A stretch of DNA of 20,000 nt from Trichinella spiralis (lineage: Eukaryota). The position numbers and the translations under genes were made by a program. The stretch is from the NCBI RefSeq assembly GCF_000181795.1, contig NW_003526941.1, positions 7,737,389 to 7,757,388 on the forward strand, written 5' to 3'. Below, piece after piece: positions 13,588-20,000 of this stretch. Below the pieces are notes generated by a model, which had not been told where the DNA came from, searched no databases, and worked only from the letters and a program-made list of their open reading frames with translations. Position 1 is the stretch's first letter; each line of letters begins with the position of its first letter.

Positions 13588-16500
13588 TGGTGGTGACCAA
13601 ATGAAATTAGTAGAAATTTTTCCCGTATTAATTTCTTGAATGAAATTCCAGTTTCAGGAACTGAATATCAGTGATTAAAACGACTGCTGATAAGACGTTT
13701 AAAAATTGCCAAAATAATCAGAGCGTCAATTTGTCTGTTGTAAATTTAATGATTTTCAGGTGCAATTTTTCTAACATTTAATTCGATGACAAAGGTATTC
13801 AATGTTTATCAGTTATTGATATTGATTCTCTTGCGCTCAATAGTTCATTCGCTATGCTTGAAATTTGTAGTAATGAAAATATGAAAAAAGTAACTTGCAA
13901 TACGACTTATTTAATCGTTTAGAAGAGGAATTTTTCCGTGAAGAAGTTTGCATCATTATTTGTGTAAAGTGATTTTCTAATTTTTATTTACATCAACTTG
14001 ATTCAGTCTTTGTTTTGTCAGTTTTGTCTATCTTTCAAGTATTATGCAAATAGCATAATTGAACTACATTTATGCTGTTGAACGTCAAACAAGCCGTGCA
14101 TGATGGAAATGTAACAATTCCGTTGCTTGTAATTTTGAAATTATTTTAAATTGAAGCTGTTTGACATTTTGAAAAAGCGTCATAGTTGGAATTTGTTCGG
14201 TCATCTTTGAGCAGCTGAGCAAAGCGAAAAGAGATCGATTTGCCAAGTTGAAAAATTTGACAGTATGATTTATGAATTGTTTTATTTTTAATGTAAAGTT
14301 CCAATTTGCCAGTTGACGGGATTTAATCAACCGCGACAACCACGTGTTCATGATTTAACAAAAAAATTTTGAATTAAACTGGAAGAAAAATGGTATAATT
14401 GAAGCAGAAATATGCGCAAATAAAATTGTTATTAATACTTGATTTCAGTTCATTTCGAAACAGTGTAAATTCAGTTTTTCTAATTTAATAATATTGGCAA
14501 TAAGAAGTATAACATTTATTGCTTGTTTAATTTCATAAACGAAATTTTGAATATTTATAAATAATGTATTTTACTTTTAGATCAATATATAAATATCGGA
14601 TACATTTTTCTTTCAACAACCAGTCGTTGAAATTGGTTGATGCATGTGAAAATATGTTTTCAAACGAGTTTCAACTTGAAAGATAAAAAAAGAACTATAG
14701 GAAATTTGTTGATTCCTAATGGAAAGTATTATATTTTTAAAGAATAGTCACTTTTTGACAAGCTCGTTGAAAAATTGACAACAATCAGGTTAGCTTTGAA
14801 GGATGTTAAGGAAAAATTTCATTTTTTTCGAATATAAGCTGTAGCTCTTTTTTGTTAATTGAGGAAATGCTATTCTCTTCTAAACGTTATATTATTAAGA
14901 TTTCAACTTCAATTTTAGGCGTCAATATTTATTGCTCAATTTCACGACGCGTTCATTGGTTCTTTCTGTTTATTATGCAAACTGAAATGTCTCCTGAAAA
15001 TGCCATTTTCAACATATACTGCTGCTCTCGCATCTGTTTGCCTTGAGGTTCAATCGCACTTTGCTCAATTTATGGTTGCATTCAACATCGACCATACAGT
15101 CTGCTAAAAGGTATTGAATATTTTTCTACTTATTCATCGTAAACATTTATTTATTCGGCTTCAAAATCGAATATTTACTTGCTTTTCATATTTCAACATT
15201 TGTAACTTCAGAAAGCTTGAAAAAAAAGATTCAGCGAGATGATGCATTGTATCATTTGATTTATTGAATAGAATAATAATTAAAGTCGTGGCTTGTTCCT
15301 AGCTGTTCATTAGACATTTAAAAGGCATTACGCTGTCAAGGTTGGTCATTCTACCAAAGGTAATATGATGTGCTATTTGCGTAATTCACTTGCTCTTTCT
15401 TATACAACATATCAATCAGAATGTTCCCTTCATGGTCAGTTAGTTATTCGGTAGATCAATATGATTATCACTAGCCAAGCAACGCGTTCAGTTCTACTCT
15501 TTAATATCATCGATCATTGAAACGTAAGATTTTTTTATAACTGAGCTAAGGTTCTGTGCAGGTATATTATGTTTACAGGACTTGACAATATGTCTGTTGA
15601 AAACTAGCATATTTATTTCAATTTCCTTCAGCTAACCTTCAGATCAGCTTAATTGATGCTTTGATAGTAAATTGAATATCATATTAATTCATATTTCATT
15701 TTGGATTTTGAGAAATTTGCTAAAACTCCAATTTAGCAATATTATGATTGCTAAAAGCATTGTAAACAACAGCGTTGTTTCAACTTTGTAATCAAATTTG
15801 ATCATTTTCAATATATGGTATTTTTAAACCGTTATAAGTTATTATTCAATGAAATTGCTCAAATAAAAATTCTCAAAATTGTCAGAATTGCTGTAATGCA
15901 TAAGCAAAATCAGCAGCAATATCGCTGCAATTAGAAGATTTCTTTTGGTGAGAAAATTTATAATTATTAAAATTATTTGCCATGCACGTTTATCAAACTT
16001 TTTCAAACATTTCCATCTCTATTATTTGAATTCAAATAGCTTCTTTGCCATCTATATGAACAATATCTGAACAAATGCGCTATCAAAAAGAAATACTGCC
16101 GACAAAAATTTGGCTCATTTATTTGCATGATTGCAGGAAATATACAAATTTTCACTTTATGAAAACTGTATGCAAATCAGTCTCCACTACGAGCTTACGA
16201 TTAATCATGAAGCATTGGATGCTGTATGAGAAATGTAATTTCAGGGACAATTCAATTGACGGGAAAATAGAAAGTTTTGTTTTAAAGAAAAATATCTAAA
16301 TAATAAGTTTACGTGGCATGTAATTTTCACGCATATTTTATCATCATCAGTTGTTTAAACTTAGTTATTTAGGAATTACTGGTTACTCAATGTGCACTGA
16401 ACGACTCAGCAGTAGCGACAACGATAAGAGGTGGATACTCTATTTTTGAAAGTATTTCAAATAGATCCGTTGTGAGGGAAAATCTTTTTATCATGTGTTT

Positions 16501-17464
16501 GCTAATTTGAAAAAAATGACCTGGCAATATTTCATATCAATAGCATATTCAACTTTCGTCTGCCATTGATATTCAGGTGAGCAAGTGCAAGTACAACAAA
16601 AGGCGGCAGTTCAGCATGAAACAAAATCACTAACAAATCCATAAACAGTTATACATAAACATTCATTTAAGTCATAATAACACAACAGAAATGAACAGGT
16701 ATTTAGATTAACGAAGATCAAGAAGTTTCCAATAAGCATTCATGACTGAAAGGGATTTGTTCAACATACTATATACAATACTTTATTAAATATAAATGAA
16801 ATCGTAATTACTTCTAGCATTTAGTAAAGTTTACCATAATGTTTCTATACCATAACGCTATAAGTTAGCAAAAATGATTTTACATCACCAAAGGCAAGTA
16901 CATATTATTCAATTTGTATGAAATTGACCGACTTTTCAAAATGCCATCTTCATAGTTATTCATAGCCATTTGCAGAAAATCAGTTACAGAAAATCAGTTT
17001 CAAAGTAAGCTGTTTGAAGAACATCAGTCAAAAAGTTTGATAAAGTTTCCTGTAGAATATCATCGATAGTTAAAAGGTAAGCAATTTTTACAACTTTACT
17101 AACATTTTCTGTATATATCAATACAGATTACATTTTAGTAGCAAATTAATGGATTTCAGTTTCGCTGACTATACTTCGTATAAGCACGCTTCATATTGCA
17201 TGATATTTGTTGCATTTGGGGACTCGAATTTCCTATTATTTCTTGGCCAATTTCATAAATTTGCCGGAAGATGTGTCAAACAAGCAGGAAATGAACATGA
17301 AACATCCGAGATACCTATTTTATATTAATTTCTTTTTTTATATTGCACAACAGATATGAAATTCCAACGTTACTTCGCTTTCACATTGATTAATATTCGA
17401 TTGTCCAATCGTATGCTTTGCATATGTTTTATTTCTCAAAAGACTGTCGATTTAATTTATGGTA

Positions 17465-17599
17465 AGGTATTCGCTAAAAGTACGTAGTTTCGTGCAATAT
17501 TTCTATGTATTAGGCAAGTTCATTTTTCTTGATTTTCCGTCCATTTGGAATAAATTTATAGAAATTGTTTCAGGACGGTTTGAAATGTACATAACATCT
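17465..17599. repeat. Direct repeat copy A (135 bp)
   Basis: Aligns without gaps to 18292-18426; I count 20 mismatches in 135 nt (about 85% identity). Confidence 0.9.
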
Positions 17600-18291
17600 T
17601 CCATTCATAAGTTTTTTACTACGTTATTTCATTTATTCGACCAGTAGAATTGAATTTCTCAAGATGTAGCTGTCAACATTTATTAATACCTGAGAGTCTA
17701 TCGTATGACTATCGTATGTACAAAAGTGGAATTCAGGCACAAATGATATTGGAATCAGCAACCTTTGCTCGCGGGTATTTGTTAAAATTTTTGTATAAAT
17801 GCTAATGAAATGCAATTATAGGATGTATTATCAAGCGCGCAGGTTTCGTATCCATCTCTGACGTCCCCACTAAATTCGCATCATTGCACAACTTTTTTGC
17901 AATATCTCGGCAAACACGCGTTTATACGACGTGCGATCAGGTTTGTAATGATTAACTTAATTTTTCTGATCAAATGAAATCACTTTTGCCACAACTTAAA
18001 GTTTTCGACTTTTTAAAAAAGCAAGGCTATAGCCTTTGCTGTTTTTGCGATTTTCAAAAGTAGACTTTTTTCAAAAATTTCGTTTCTTTTGTTATATATT
18101 GCTAAATTTTGATAAATTTGAAGGTTCTGGAAAGTTCCATGGCTAACTATCCCGAACTTGTTGAATAAATGGCCTCTAAATTTTGCATGCACCTGTCTTA
18201 ATACACAGGAAAGCAGCCCATCTGGAACTTCTTTCAAACGGCTCCTGGATGGTTAAATATTGGTGTAGGAAACGTATTTTACATTATAATG

Positions 18292-18426
18292 AGGTATTCG
18301 TTGAAATTGCGAAGTCTTGTGCAATATTTCTTTGTTTTGGGCAAGTCGATTTTTCTTCATTTTCCGTCCAATTGGAATAAATTTATAAACATTGTGTCAG
18401 GACGGATTGAAATGTAAATAAAATCT
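18292..18426. repeat. Direct repeat copy B (135 bp)
   Basis: Aligns without gaps to 17465-17599 at an offset of 827 bp. Confidence 0.9.
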
Positions 18427-20000
18427 AAATTTGATTACAAATTGCAATTCCACTGACATTTTCACCCTTTACCAGTTCTTGTTCTAGTATAGTTTTATTG
18501 AATGGTTGACTTTGCTATTAGTCTTGATTTTTTCATCGTCGGCTTGCAAAAAGTTTCCCACAATTTTGTGATTGGCTGTTCATTGATAGGTTGTAATAGT
18601 TTCGTTATTAATTGGCTGATAAATTGTGCAATGTTATTAGTTACTCAATTTTCATCACCAATTGGACGAATGTGTAGTAATATTTGATTAGCTCCTTAAT
18701 TCTTTTCATTGATTGCGTGATTAGTTTTCATCAAAGAGTTCCTCCAATATATATTGCATTACAGATTAATTATCTTTTTCCTTGGTAGCAGTAGTTTGAT
18801 GTAATATTTTAGATGTTTACTTAATCTGATTTTCCTTTATTTACATTCATAAGGAGCAACAGGCGTTTAAATCAACACTGAAAAGGGAATTCAATTACAA
18901 TTTGTAATATTATATGAAGGTTGAATACGAACATAAAAACTTTTATAATTAATAAAATTTTCGATTATATTGATGTCATTCCGCTATTACCACTATACGT
19001 GAGGTGATTTCAACTATGCTAAACTAACTATTCTTATTTCTTAGACTTGATCTTCATCCAATTTCAAGAATGTCGTCCTCGTGCTTATTTAGTTAATCAA
19101 TGCTCTGCACAGCAGTCAAGAAGCGCGTTCAGCTCTTTTCCTCAATACCGTTTTCAGTTAGGTGGTAAGTGATATTTCATTCCTGAGCCTCTGTTCTATT
19201 CATATACGGTTCGCATCAGACAACGTGTTAATCACAAATGGAGGGTGAACAATATCATGCAGTTTGAATGTACTAAAGAATCCATGAGAAACTTGCTGTA
19301 TAATTGGTGAACCCTGTCAGTGCGCTTTTTTTTCGCTTTTTACCATTTTTTTCTACATAAAGCAATATGAGTATTAAGGGTAAATTTTCACTTGATCGGT
19401 TGGTGGTTGTTTATCCAAGAATGCAAGTAGACAAACTCTACTTCACGATAATTCTAACAGCGTATAGTGTAGTTTGGAATAGGAAAAGAAGTTGTGCTTG
19501 TTCAGCAATTAATCTGAAAAGTATTATCATCGTGCTAGTACAGCCTCATTTACGTAAGACACTTTTATACTTCTTTAATTTACGCCATAATATTATTTAT
19601 GATAGATAGTGTCTTTGATCTGTAACGTATTCAGGATTTTGTTCTTGTTCAGAAATTATTATAATCTTTGGTGTTTGCTCATTACATTGTTATTATACGT
19701 TTTCAAAGCATACATGCATTTCTAGGTCAGAAGAGTAACTTTATGCTAATGTGATGGTAAACACTGCCGTTGGCATTCTGCTACGTGCCCTTTGTGCTAT
19801 TCAAATGCGGTAGCAATGTTCCTTATATAAATTTCTGTTTATTGAGAGAACTGCATTATAGTATAAATGTTCGCTGCTGAAGGGCGGTCTATTTACCTTT
19901 ATCTTAGTCGATTGCGTTATTTGGTCATTTCGATGCTTCACTGCACCTTAGCACGTTTGATTGTTCGACTAAAAATATGAAGAGGCCACGAACATCAGTT

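Larger units (their letters stand above)
14880..18620 (-). pseudogene. Probable decayed gene remnant(s), Cys-rich, family uncertain; boundaries approximate
   Basis: Several minus-strand frames read as protein-like but contain isolated in-frame stops: INACLPRYCKKVVQ*CEFSGDVRDGYETC (about 17930-17845), TVYGFVSDFVSC*TAAFCCTCTCSPEYQW (about 16650-16560), AFSGDISVCIINRKNQ*T (about 15005-14950). The 135-bp duplication with conservative amino-acid changes also lies here. Confidence 0.35.

Noticed and set aside
18900..20000. ORF 19367-19609 and a possible intron near 19005-19044
   Set aside because: No coherent multi-exon frame or recognisable protein could be built.

Overview
AT-rich eukaryotic DNA with many short GT-AG introns (about 45-65 nt). 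It looks like a nematode, and a Trichinella-like clade I nematode is my inference, not something the sequence proves. The six-frame ORFs are mostly exon fragments. I spliced three complete intron-rich genes by hand: (1) an ECT2/Pebble RhoGEF (+, 2045-6309, 20 exons, 829 aa); (2) a sphingosine-1-phosphate lyase (+, 7502-10973, 15 exons, 591 aa); (3) a tail-anchored family-3 fatty aldehyde dehydrogenase (-, 13587-11359, 11 exons, 487 aa). The main observation is that the lyase and the ALDH3 catalyse consecutive steps of sphingolipid breakdown and lie tail-to-tail with 385 bp between their stop codons, a candidate two-gene metabolic cluster in an animal genome. I found no intact gene between 14 and 20 kb. 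That region holds a gap-free 135-bp duplication with a coding-like substitution pattern and scattered stop-interrupted Cys-rich frames on the minus strand, probably a decayed gene.
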